A stretch of DNA of 62,987 nucleotides, filler included, from Hausera hauseri (GCA_046269625.1; 9 parts of 9 records of this genome joined end to end with filler, not necessarily neighbours in it), one strand, 5' to 3'; shown: positions 12,050-24,481, numbered from the whole stretch's first letter. Program-made: numbers and translations. The notes: generated by a model from the sequence alone, not told the origin.

Positions 12050-13967
12050 CGAGAGATGTTGACGAGACCAGCGCCTATTTGATCAACAAGGATGATCCAC
12101 TGGGGAAAACACTTCATGTGGCCAAATTCGACATCCAGGACTCAGATATTCAAACACAGGTGGGTGAAGTTCTTTTTACTGATTTACGCCCGCCGGTGCG
12201 GCCATGTTCGTCGCATTTACAGTTACTTCATAGCTCACACCATTTTTCACTTTAAAAGGTTTTTCAGCTTAATATCTTTGGATACTCCTTTACTCCAATC
12301 ATCACTTGCCACAGTTATCCCGGCTGCACGCCCATACCTCTTGTTAACACAAAAGCAAACCACACAAGCTCCTTTTGCATTTTACCATTTTCCTGGAATT
12401 GCTTCGCTGCAACTCTCCTGCCTTATCTTCAATAACAATCAACACAACGACCATTAAGGCTCCAATCAATTTCGCGGCGCAGCTACTATACATCTCTCAA
12501 TCCTCCTCACTCGACACTGCCAATTTCTATTTTACACGTAGAGGTATCACTGTACATCCCGTCGACTCACTCTTGTCTTTCGTATGCCATGAACGTAAAG
12601 TCGTCCACCTTATGCTCCATTTCCGCCTTCGGGGTTGATCGGATCCAAATCCATCCCGCTCGGATGATAAATCCATGAATACGGGCAACATCTATCGTTT
12701 TTTACACTCCCAACAGGCCCGAGTTTTGCTAAATTTGCCTTGTGTGGAGTTTGTCCTTAATAAAAACAACTCCTGCAAGCCATGGCTCCAATTCCACCAA
12801 CAGTGGCTAAAATTGAACAACATCACAGATTCTTTTGTGCGAGACGATAGCCTTTTAATTCTTCTGCCTGCCAACGTCACGCAGCAGATCAATAATATCT
12901 CCGAGCTGCTACAATCCCCGACACCTTACGAGACACTCTGTGAAGCTGTACTGCATGTCACGGATCCTTCGATTGACAACATAATACAAAAGTATTTTAA
13001 TGACCACGCAATGGGAAACCAAAAGCCATCCGACTTTCTGCAGATGGCCATTCTGCAGCTCAGCGCGCTAGGAGTGATCCCTACGAATAAAGCGGATTTA
13101 ATTCGCCATTATTTCTTATAGTCTCTGCCCACTTCAATTAGCGCCTTACTAACCGTTGTCGATGAATCAACTGCTATCGAAAAACTGGCAATAATGGCCA
13201 ACAAATCCTTTGAGATTCTTCGCACTAATAGTTCTCGCCCTGTTGCTGCTGTAACCACATGTGCTCCAACTACAGATACAACATTTTTTACTCAACAATT
13301 GCAAATGATGCAGCAACAGTTTGACATGTTACAACAATCGATTTCGGCCATTACTACCCAACTAAGTAATCTTAATGGACCTCGATGAAGAGAAACTAGA
13401 CGTTCGCGGGAGCGAAGCACTTCATTGCACTCTTCTCGGTCAATTTCACCTGGCGGACGCATGACTTGATTCTACCACACGCGTTTTCGAAAGGAAGCAA
13501 CAAAATGTTTCTTGAGTTGTCGATTCTTTGGTGAGCGATACACTGTAAATAACCATATTTGTATATACCATAACAAATATCAGTCACAGGCCAGATCATA
13601 TGTGCCTGGTTGTAGACATTATAATAAAAAATCTCCTAGCTTTTCTTCCGCTTCTTCCTTTCCTCCAAATCTTCCAAAAAACTTATAATGCTGCCAGATT
13701 TTACGGCACTTTCTGGCGCAGGCAACATCACTCAATCTTCTGGCTGTCTTAACACCGCCTCTGCAGTCTTTCTGTTAAAGGTTGCACTGTTATGCAGTGA
13801 TACTGCACATATCGACTTCCTTATAGATTGAGGAGCTGCCTTTTTACTCCTTCCGTTATGATTCGTTCCTACTTCGATTATGATTTCCTATCCACCGCTT
13901 TTTACTGCCAGTGGTCAACCGTTGCATGTTGCAGGAACTACGGAATTGACTTTCAAATTTTCCAACT
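12050..13967 (+). mobile_element. Ty3/Gypsy (CsRn1-like) ORF1-protease, copy A: unknown N-terminal region, ubiquitin-like domain, Gag, double CHCC finger, -1 slip, protease
   Basis: Gag motif MGNQKPSDFL...LP..I.ALL...EKLA; two Cx2Hx9Cx3C-type motifs at 13467-13613; A AAA AAC at 13676; protease FLID*GA. In-frame stops show decay. Confidence 0.85.
13676..13747 (+). promoter_or_regulatory. -1 ribosomal frameshift signal (A AAA AAC plus H-type pseudoknot); homologue at 21549-21622
   Basis: In-phase slippery heptamer before the gag stop, protease in the -1 frame, and stems conserved at identical spacing in two copies. Confidence 0.75.
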
Positions 13968-14067
13968 NNNNNNNNNNNNNNNNNNNNNNNNNNNNNNNNN
14001 NNNNNNNNNNNTTAATTAATTAANNNNNNNNNNNNNNNNNNNNNNNNNNNNNNNNNNNNNNNNNNNN

Positions 14068-14308
14068 TCCCCAGCAACAACATCCAATCACACTAAAACT
14101 AAAATTTCTTTTGATAAACCCTACCAGCGGCCAGACACTACAGTAAAGGTACGCCTCAAATCCGTTACTTTCAGTAACTATAGCAGAGAATTAAACAACG
14201 AAGGAATACAACGCCCCGTACGCACGAAAACTTATTAGGAAAATTTTGTTTGTCCTCAAAACTTTCTTTCAATCTTTTCTTCCAGGTTCTGAACTAAGCT
14301 ACGGGGGG
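14068..14308 (+). mobile_element. 3' end of a Gypsy pol (integrase tail) and polypurine tract
   Basis: Peptide ...RLKSVTFSNYSRELNNEGIQRPVRTKTY* is homologous to tails at 46921-47037 and 50196-50384; GCTACGGGGGG precedes TG. Confidence 0.75.
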
Positions 14309-14734
14309 TGTATTATAGTGTCATTACCTTTTACATACTTTGAAGAGTATAGTTTTAAATCTTGACAACATTTCAAGATTCCGATTGGTAGTAGACTTTG
14401 GATTTGTCGGTTTATATATTGTTGATGGAGAATTGATTGACACCCATGGATATTAATAATTGTTTCCATATGGATCTTCCAAAAAGAACGAAAATACAGC
14501 TTTAAGAAATTTCTCATGGTCCTGTGATCTGAAACATATTTTGGCATATAACTCTTCAAGATTCAAATTTATCATCTTTTGGCATCCGTTACAAGATCTA
14601 TAAAACTGTACAGAAATCAAAGTAAGCTCGATACCAACAATGATTTAACAGAAGCTAGTGAGTATTGTCCTTAACTGTTGCTGTTTCCATGCAAACCATT
14701 ACTTAAAATGTTTCTACCATTTGAACACAATACA
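14309..14734 (+). repeat. Probable 3' LTR
   Basis: Starts TGTATT right after the PPT, ends with inverted AATACA; internal TATAAAA near 14599. Confidence 0.6.
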
Positions 14735-15299
14735 AAATATGCTCGAAAGAAAAAGTAGATTGCTGAAATTCCTCATTTTTAATTCTTAATAAAAATGTCA
14801 CCAAACCAATATAAATTTTATCTGAATATTGAAATGCGCTATCTTCTTCAAATTTCAACCTTATTTTCTTAAGAAATCCATAATATTAATAAGTGTTAGT
14901 GGACTGCTGTTAAATTCAAGCAGGAAATCGTTAATAACGCGAATAAAATTGTGCCAGCAAGGAAATTGGAAAGGTAAAGTCAAACCATCATCGTTAATAA
15001 TCATTTCATTCTGTATCGTGCTATTTGGATAATGTTGTAAATATAACGGTAACCATTTGTCTCACTTAAAATGGTATTTAGCTAAATATAAATTGTGACA
15101 TTGAACGGCCGCGGTGGAGTTTCATAGACGGGAGCCTGATTCCATATTCTTTGATTTCGCTAGACAATGTTGTTTTAATTTTCCGATATCTAATAAAAGA
15201 AAGTTGATAAGTTTTTGAACGTTTCTAATAAAAAATTTTATCTGATTGAATCGACTTTTATTCTCAAAATTTAATGAGAAGCAACAAAGAAACACACCT

Positions 15300-18200
15300 T
15301 TCATTACTTCCAAAGTATTTCAAAGGGTCCAAATTATCAAGATACAATAATATATTGTTGGTGCAAAGAAATCCAAAATTTAATATTTCGATGCACCAAC
15401 AAAGTCGGGTTAAAATTATTAAATATTCTATCCTTTTTAATTACTTCAAAAGATCAGTAACCGATACAGATACATATTCAATTAACTACAATTGCTGTCA
15501 GTCTATGTGCAGCACAGATTCCGTTGAAACAAATGATTGGAATTGTCGGATTCTGGAATACAGATTGTCACCGGTGATTTTGACAGAAATTTGTACACCT
15601 GGAATTTGGAACGATATGGTGAGTCAGGTTTTTGTGTGTGGGACACCCTGCGGTTGTTTTTTTGTCACAATTTACTTATTGAGTTAAAATTGGGGCATTA
15701 TATCATGATTAAGTTTCAAAGAAATAAAATGGGTAATGAAAACAGTAAAGCAAACTTTCGTAAACCTTTCGTTCAATTATTGCAAAAAACAGCCAATTGA
15801 TATAAACGATGATAACTTTTGAAATCAGTTTTGGTGTGAATATGATACGAATGCTCAACGCGTATTTAGTTTAATTCCATCCGATGAAATAAAAATTCTC
15901 AGAGAAGAATCACAAAGTAACAGCAACGTTGTGTTATATGTGCTTTTTACATCGCGATTTGTTTTCTAAGTCAAAATCGAAGCGCTGGCAAAGAGAAGTT
16001 AATCCCCTTCATTATTATTACTCTCCGGTAATGGCATTTACAGCAATTTAAGAAGTTGACTCTAACATGTACAATTATAATTACAACGTACTATGTGGCA
16101 GGATTCAGGTTTACACTGGTGTTCGTTTAGTTAAAAAAGCGTTTCGATATTATAGTACAGCTAGAAGTAACTATATACCGGCTGTAGTATATCTTTATTA
16201 CATTTTGAAATATTCTTACTCTCCCAGTTCTCATGATTATTATTGTTGGTCTTACTGTAAAGACGATGAACGAAGTAGATGTAATTGTATTAGAGATGCT
16301 CAAGTAGAATGTCATCCTTATTGTGTTCCTGGCTATATTCAAAGGACTGCTTTGTACAAAGTCGGGGACACCGTTCAATACACTATTGAATGTACTAAGT
16401 TAGACCTTTGTGAGGTACTCAAACAGTTTACAAATACCGGTTTACCGATCAATAATTACACATTGTTCCGTGAGAATTTCTCATTATTCTACAACAGTTC
16501 AGTGGATAGTACAAATATTACGGCATCTGTGCATTACATCAATGTAGACATTCATATTCGATTAAATAAAGAATTACTGGTTGTTAAAAATCTCACGGAA
16601 TACATTACTTTAACTTTCAACAGTACGAGATACGAAATATTTGAGTTTTAGAGGGTAGGATGATTTATTTCATAGTTTCTGAAACTGCAGAATTGGACAA
16701 ACCATATACTTTTGTTACGAGAATCAATTTAGTTCCGTGGGCTCAAACAATTGATGTCGAGAAGCATTTTGCCATTTACAAAAAAACAAGAATCGTGCTT
16801 GCTCAGCATTACCTTGAACGTGAAGATATAGTAGATATATTTACACTAGTGACCAAATAATTTGTGTCTTGACTGGTCAACCCCACTATCGCATTGTAAT
16901 TGTTTGGGAAATTGCAAATGTCGACCTTGATTTTCCCTTTGGTTACATAGTGCATATTCCATTCAATACAGCATTCGGGGCATCGATTATCAGAATTACT
17001 GAAACATTAAGTGTTAAAGACACAATTTCCATACTTAACACATTTTTGAAAAGTTGATGTCAAACCCTTTGAGTATTTTAGATGGAATACGTGCAAAAAA
17101 ATATTTACTGAACGTGAGTCAATAAGATATGAACGGAAACTTTATAATTTTTCGGAAATTGAAATCACTCAGAATACTGGTTATTCTTTTTTGGATATTT
17201 TTGGGGATACAGTGAACTTTCTTAATTCTTTTCGTGAATCGTACGATATTATTTGTCTTTTGTTCATGGGATTAAGAGTTCCATTTTTAAGAACTCTGAA
17301 ATTTTCAGTAAAAGTCACACCACAGAAATGATGTTCACAATTTCATATTGGTAAGAATAGACATAGCGAATTGAATACGATTTTTTTGTGGATTTCAAAC
17401 GGCGTTGTATTCGTATTCAATGTTGCCTTTGACGTGAAATTAGAAAAGGATCAGACATATCATGTGGATAAATCATGTGCGTTTGCATTGTTGTCGAACG
17501 AGAAATTTAGTGGGATTGAACAGTATTTCGGTATTTACAGGAGTAGTTTGTTTGCATTACAGAATACTTTACTCTGTTCAATGTCCGATCATGTTTCATT
17601 GTACAACATGATCGTAAAAATGAAATCCCTACAGAAAGAAGATCAATTGAAAGGGCAACATTTCACATATTTAGCATGACTAAAAGTAACTGGCGAGCCT
17701 TTAGATTTGCTATCTAAATCACAAACAGATGAAAATAATCAAACGAGAATTCTTTCTAAGCTCGACGCTGTTTTATTGATTGAAATCGGTAAAGCGTGTC
17801 CAATAACTGTATTGGATCTTGAAAGGATCGAATTCATTAAGGTTAACTGGATTCCGAAAATTACCGTTCTTTCTCTTGTTGATTTTAAAGTCAAATATGA
17901 CAAATATAAACGAGGTTTTGTTGGAGGCATTGATCATCGACCTGTTTCGATTATAAATCCCGATGTGATCGAAAGCCAACGACTACAAAGACTAAGAGTG
18001 TTACAAAACGATACAGAAGTCAAAAATGATTTATTAAGTATCAACTGGAGAATTTTGGGTTCGATGACTGTAGATTTAAAGTTCGATGATACGATTATAC
18101 CGTTGAGTAGTATACAAAAGTTATTACATTAAAAACAGTTAAGACTGAGGATAGTCGACATGGAATATGCAATTATTTACGGAATTTTAACAAGTTTTCT

Positions 18201-18410
18201 TTTCGACATTGGAGGATATTGGAGTACATTCCTAAAGGACATTGGAGGTCCTTTACGCCGTGTGATACATTTGAAATTCAACAACTGTAAAAGAGGCATC
18301 CCTAAAAGCCAATCATATTGTACTACGGTAGACTGTATAATTCTCGGACAAAATGTTTCATGGTCCAATTCTAATGCCGTGGATGTCATTTTCAATATGG
18401 CCGTTTGAAT
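15300..18410 (+). pseudogene. Fragmented large ORF of unknown identity, Cys-rich and rich in N-glycosylation sequons
   Basis: Successive same-strand ORF pieces (16067-16651, 16660-16860, 16869-17057, 17371-17679, 17707-18132, 18160-18408) separated by stops or shifts; sequons NYT, NFS, NSS, NIT, NLT, NST in one piece. Confidence 0.35.
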
Positions 18411-19606
18411 ATCTTATCATACTGGTACTCTGAATAGGTGTACACCGTCTGGACAGGCTATGTGTGATTCCTTGCGATGTACTCTTCAACAGTTCATTAA
18501 TATGGATCAGAGAGATCGTAATCAGATGAAATTGGATCCTTTTCTTAATAGATTTAAGTTTCTTCATTAAAACCACAACACCATCATTGAGAAAGTCGGT
18601 ATCGGTTACCTCTCACCAATCAATTGTGTATTGCTTCGTTAATAGGCCATTGTTCATAAGAGTCCAATTCTGACACAATTAATTCATCAACGATAGCGTT
18701 TCTCCAGTAGTTAGAAGGCGCATAGGCGTTAATCTCACCATATCGCTTATCACAAAGCAATCGAGTTACTCGATCAAATCAAAGTAAAGTTTTAACAATC
18801 GATTTGAATCAACAAACAAATCAACACCGGAAAATCGCCACAAAAGGCAAATCAAGTTACCCATCCATCATGATAAACGACACCAACACAGCCCCGATTG
18901 GTAGTTACCATAATCCCATTGGACAAGCATTTGATACCTTGTTAAAACTATTGAACCAACAAGTTATCCGTACGACGTTGTTGATGAAACAGGAAAACGT
19001 TATCAAAGAATTGGATGATGTCATAACTGCCAAAAAAAGCAAAAATTGATCTTTTTAAAGCCCGTATATCTATCGTCCCAAAGTTACACCCTTCAGACAC
19101 GAACATATCTGAGATAGTTGATTTACTCTCACTTTTAAAGATTCAAATTGACGAGGATATGAGAATCACGCACTATCAGGCCCTGATAAGTACCAAACAA
19201 AACTTTTCGAAACGGCCACATAAATCATTTTTGTCGACAACCACGTCGTTACTTTTGTTGATTGTGTACACGATTTCACAGGGAACTAATTACATGGTCA
19301 TACCGATGTTATTTTGAATATTTTTCAGCAAAGTTGTCAATTTCATTCGTACATATTATAGTAATATGGCGATGTCGGCCATTTCCTGTCCACATCCCAT
19401 AAAATTTTACCCCCACATAAAGAGAATTGGGGTTAACCAAAGTTTGGTCATCGCAGTTTCTGTTTGTTTCTACATTTCTTTTGAATTTGGTACCAGCCCT
19501 CTTTGGCAATATCACTTTTTCTTTTTATATTTTATGATTCCATCCTTTTCTACCGTCTCGGAATTTGGAAGCACAGCCGTTGTCTAGTGAAGGCGCTTTT
19601 TAGTGA

Positions 19607-22600
19607 CACATCTCTTTATTATTCAGGCATGACTTCTACCGACTTTGGAATTCTAAATCACGCCAGCAAAACACTCCTTCCTTCCTTCCTTCCTTTATTC
19701 CTCAGATCATAAACTTCGTTTATTATATTCCACGGTCGTGTCATTTTAACCCCTGTCCACGACATAGTATTCCGAGATATCTTGCTACTGTTGATAGAGT
19801 TAATCAGCCTACTTTGAAAGTTAAATTCGCTTCATTGAGGAAAATTGGTAAACTACGCTTTTACGTTCTGAAGTATTTTACTCTCGTAGAAATTCGTGAA
19901 TTCGATGATGGCCACGTAGAAATTAATGAAATGACCCAGTCATCTTGTGGCATTGTTAATTGCACACCACCTGTACCTTGTCTTGCCAAACCTACAAAAT
20001 TCAACACCGAACTGTCTATGAAATTCGATAAATCGGTAATGAGACAAAGGAGAATTAAAGCCCGCTATCGCATATTCGGCCCGATTTATTCTTCTGATCA
20101 CGGCGAGTTTCTGACTATGGACAGAATCAATTCTTTTCTGGGTATTGTCAACTTTATTCAGTATACATCAGTCATAAACGCAACAAATCCATTAACCTTA
20201 GGGAGGTCACAGATTGGACATATTCTTCAATAGATACTGCAACCCTCTTAACTTCGAATCACCACATTGATATACCATACTACCCAGTTTACAGTATATC
20301 ACAATCATTCTCTATCTATGTTAATAATAATCTAATACAAATAATATACGTCATATAACGCCTCAAAACATCACAACTATACGCTCTTATTCATAATACC
20401 TCCGCCCTCAGCTATTTCTATTTGATTCACAACGGTTTCATTTTAACTGACCTCCTACACATCATGGCCTCACATTACCACCTATGTATACACATCAATC
20501 CTAGAATCCGCGGCGGTTCTCTACTACCCCAAATCAAACCATCCGCCAACTTTAACCGATACAAATTCTTCTCACAAAAATCTTATCAGTCCTTCCCCAC
20601 ATTGCTCTGAATACTTTATAGACAACGAAAATTCTAGCAAAACTTGGCTCCACTTCCATCAACTCTGGCTACAGTCCAACGGTATTACAAACTCGTTATC
20701 CAAAGCCCATAATCTACTCTATATTCTACCAAACTCTACATAGGCCTCAATCCATAACTTACTGGATATTTTTCAACACCCTGACCCTTATACGCAATTG
20801 TTCAATGCTGTGTTGAAACTGCCAGAAACATCAATTGATTCAATAATACAGCGCTTTTTTAATGAAAACGCAATGGGAACACAAAAACCTAGTGATTTCC
20901 TACGTACCGCGTTGTCTCACTTACGTACTTTAGGCGTCACCAAGGAACACAATCCTAATCTACTTCGACAATATTTCCTTAATGCCTTACCTATTCAAAT
21001 TAGGGCTTTACTTACCGTTGTTGACGATTCTACAGCCTTAGATAAACTGGCTGAATTAGCAGATAGAGCATAAGAAGTCTTACAAATCCAATCGCAACCC
21101 ATCATATCAGCCGCTATTACGACCGATGACAATTAACGACATACATCCATCGAGCATCAATTGAACCAATTACGCGCCGAAAATGCGGCACTACAACATA
21201 CAATCAACACCATCAATGATAAGCTGAATTACTTTTCTTTACATCGACGGAATGTCCCCTCGCCTCATCGAACACGTTCTCCTTCCAGAAATCGAACACC
21301 GTCACCAACGCGGTCATTCATATGTTATTACCACAACATATTTAACAACAAAGCAAATAAATGCTGTTTAGGGTGTAGATATTATTTGTCGAATTTACAC
21401 TCGGATAACATAGCTTGCATCTATCATGCAAAATTCGGATCTAATGCTCGGAATTGTATTTCCGGCTGTAACTATAAAAGTAACAAAAAATACATCATTG
21501 ATAGACGTCCCAACATCTCTAACAGTAACCGTTCTAACTCACCAATCCAAAAAAAACTGATTTCGCAACCAGTATTCTCGGCAGATCCTGGCAAAGACAA
21601 CTTATTTAATTCCTTTTGCCGACACACTTCATTTGCAGTTTTCACACCAAAAGCTGCTATCTCTAATCCTAACATTCAATTCATAGATTTTCTTATCGAT
21701 ACTGGCGCAGCGATCTCACTACTCCCACTTTCTTTTCCGGTTCAACATTTTTCATCTAAAATAAAACCTTTATGCACTGCATCTGGTCAATCCTTCCGTA
21801 TTGCCGGAACTTGCAAATTATCTTTCACTCTACCAAAGTTTTCCTCTTCATTTCATTGGATGTTTACAGTCGCTAACGTCCAGACGGCAATACCTGGCTC
21901 AGATTTCCTTTCGAACTATAACTTGCTAGTCGATTGTAACCGATGCTGCCTGAAAACGCATACATCTGTTGACCGTAGCACAGGTATAGACAGCATCCTA
22001 ACGACACCACAGTCAACAATAAGTAAGCAATCTATTTTAAAACAGTCAGTACCTCGTTCTAATTCAATAAATATCATGTTTTACACAGTAAGTTTCAAAA
22101 GGACAATGTCGACATCCAATCACAGCTCAATGTCGACACCTACAATCTAGTATTTTCTGTAAAATTATGAAACAATAACACCTACCCAAACACAGTTCCG
22201 GACCCGATCATTCTACTCCAAACTCCACTTAATTCCTCATTAACAACCAATCACTATATACCAAGTACTGCTATCAACCTCAGTTCGTCGTCAGTTACAA
22301 CATTCCAGCAACTACCCGCAAGTTTACGCCAATTCGTCCATACTTCTTGTCCTCGTATACTTCAGAAAGATAGGAACTTCACTCCAGTAAACAGCATCTA
22401 CCACCATATAATCACAAGACATCAAAGACCAATTAGGCAAAAGGTCCGTCCATTGTCACCGCGACTCAGGCAGGCAGTAGAAGCTGAATTTATGGAACTT
22501 GAACAATCAGGTATTGTCCGCAGATTTAAATCACCATTGTCTTTGTCTCTGCACGTTGTACTAAAAAAGATGGATCCTTCCGACCATGCGGCGATTACCG

Positions 22601-22884
22601 CCAACTTAACATTTTAATCACAATGGATGTATATCCACTACCATTAATCAAAGACATATTACGTCGGCTTAATACTACTTCAGTTTATTCGACAATCGAT
22701 TTAGCCAAAATTACCACCAAATTCCTGTCGCACCGGAAGACATCGAGAAAACTGCAGTTACCACACCTTTCGATCTTTATGAGTATTTGTATATGCCTTT
22801 CGGTCTACGGAATGCTGCGCAGACTTTTCAACGACACATCGATTCAATACTTTCAGACTTCACTTTTGCACATCCATATATTGA
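19607..22884 (+). mobile_element. Ty3/Gypsy (CsRn1-like) ORF1-pol, copy B: N-terminal extension, ubiquitin-like domain, Gag, double CHCC, protease, RT start
   Basis: ...HINPRIRGG at 20491-20517; MGTQKPSDFL; CYYH..C..C and CIYH..C..C at 21323-21469; FLIDTGA; RT motifs RPCGDYRQLN, YPLP, YSTIDL, MPFGLRNAAQTFQR. Confidence 0.9.
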
Positions 22885-24481
22885 NNNNNNNNNNNNNNNN
22901 NNNNNNNNNNNNNNNNNNNNNNNNNNNNTTAATTAATTAANNNNNNNNNNNNNNNNNNNNNNNNNNNNNNNNNNNNNNNNNNNNAACCACCACTGCAATT
23001 ATAATTACCTACTACAAAACATAATTCACCAATTTTTCATTTGCATAAACTTATTGATTTCCATAATTACCAAAGTTTACTACATGATGTATTAACGACA
23101 ATTGTGTATATGACCAATTTTCTATCCAATAATACTCATTGACTTTACATAGGGTTTTCATTAGTAACAATCTTCGGCACATATCTGCATCATCCCACCG
23201 GCATTCGTAAGCTATGATATCGTCGTTATCTGTCATCATCATATAATGCTGATCTAAATAAAACCCAAGGACCACATTTATAAATATATAAAAATCAACA
23301 GTCGTCGTTCTCTCCAATTTTATTTTTGATCGCAACAGTCATTGAATATCGAATTTTAGTCCCCAATATTTATTTACAAAATTGAATAGAGTAAGAGCGG
23401 CTTTATTAATATTAATTTTAATTAAACTTAAATGATTTAAAATTGCAACCTGCAATTTGAAGATCAATATTATCGTTCCGGAAATTCATTATATTGTCTG
23501 ATTTCTTCGGAAACAAATGGCAATTTTCTTTTTATTATGTTACATATGATCGTTCACGTCTAATCCTAATTTCAATATCGGATAATTATGATAATTGCAA
23601 ATAATTTTGGAGTGATCCTGACACTGTATCGGAAAACTGCTACGAAATTAGGATTGATGAATATCAGTGACAAATTTACCAGATAATTTCTATAAATTAA
23701 TTCAATTCAATCCTATAGTCGAATTCTTCTGCAACTGGAGCAGCTGAATCAACGATAATAAGTCGTCGGTATTCTTTAAGAGAACCTACATCTAAATCCT
23801 TACGGATAAAGTTTAATTTCGGTAAAATCTGGTTGAGAGAATTAATGGCAAAAAGGTTTTTGTGATTGATTGTGACAGTAGTTTATATACTACTGTGAAT
23901 GAATGTGTTTTTGCTCGAGAATTTTAGAAATAAATTTTCAAAATCCTTTAGTTTTGGGTTACCTGAGATTGTTTGTTGTTGAATTTATAAAATCAACAGC
24001 GTCTTTCACTAATGGATTTTCAATATTTACTCTTTCCATTATCTACTTGAGTTTGTTGTTATAACCTGAGAATTTTGGTAATTCATTTCCGGATTTGGAA
24101 AATATGAAAACTTAATTTAAATTTCCAATGGAATACGTAATTTGTAGGGGATTTTGTAATCAAGGTGATTTTGCTCATTTTTTTAATTTAATAACTAATC
24201 TTTTAGTTCTTTTCTTTCTTTTGCTACTGTAATATTTATTCAAGACAAGGAGTTATCACCTGCTCGATATCTTTCGACAAAATGTCTCGAATCAATCTTT
24301 TTTTAAAATTTAATCTTTTTATCCAACTGTAAAATATTAATTTTCCAATCTCATGTTCGTTTACCATTTTTCCAACTTCCAAATTCGTGTTCTCGTATGA
24401 CACAACTAAACACTAAATCCATGTGCACATTTGCAGCAGTTAAATTCAAACGTCAAATTTCACTTTATATCTTCTATTTCT

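Noticed and set aside
12636-13830. Several in-frame TGA codons suggesting stop-codon reassignment or readthrough
   Set aside because: They fall at positions expected to be Gly, Arg, Cys and Ser/Thr, TAG and frameshifts also occur, and copy B has sense codons at the Gly, Cys and Thr sites; random decay explains it.
23051-23335. YECRWD...C...HH resembling a Gli/Zic-type C2H2 finger
   Set aside because: Spacing is wrong and no second finger or convincing splice was found.
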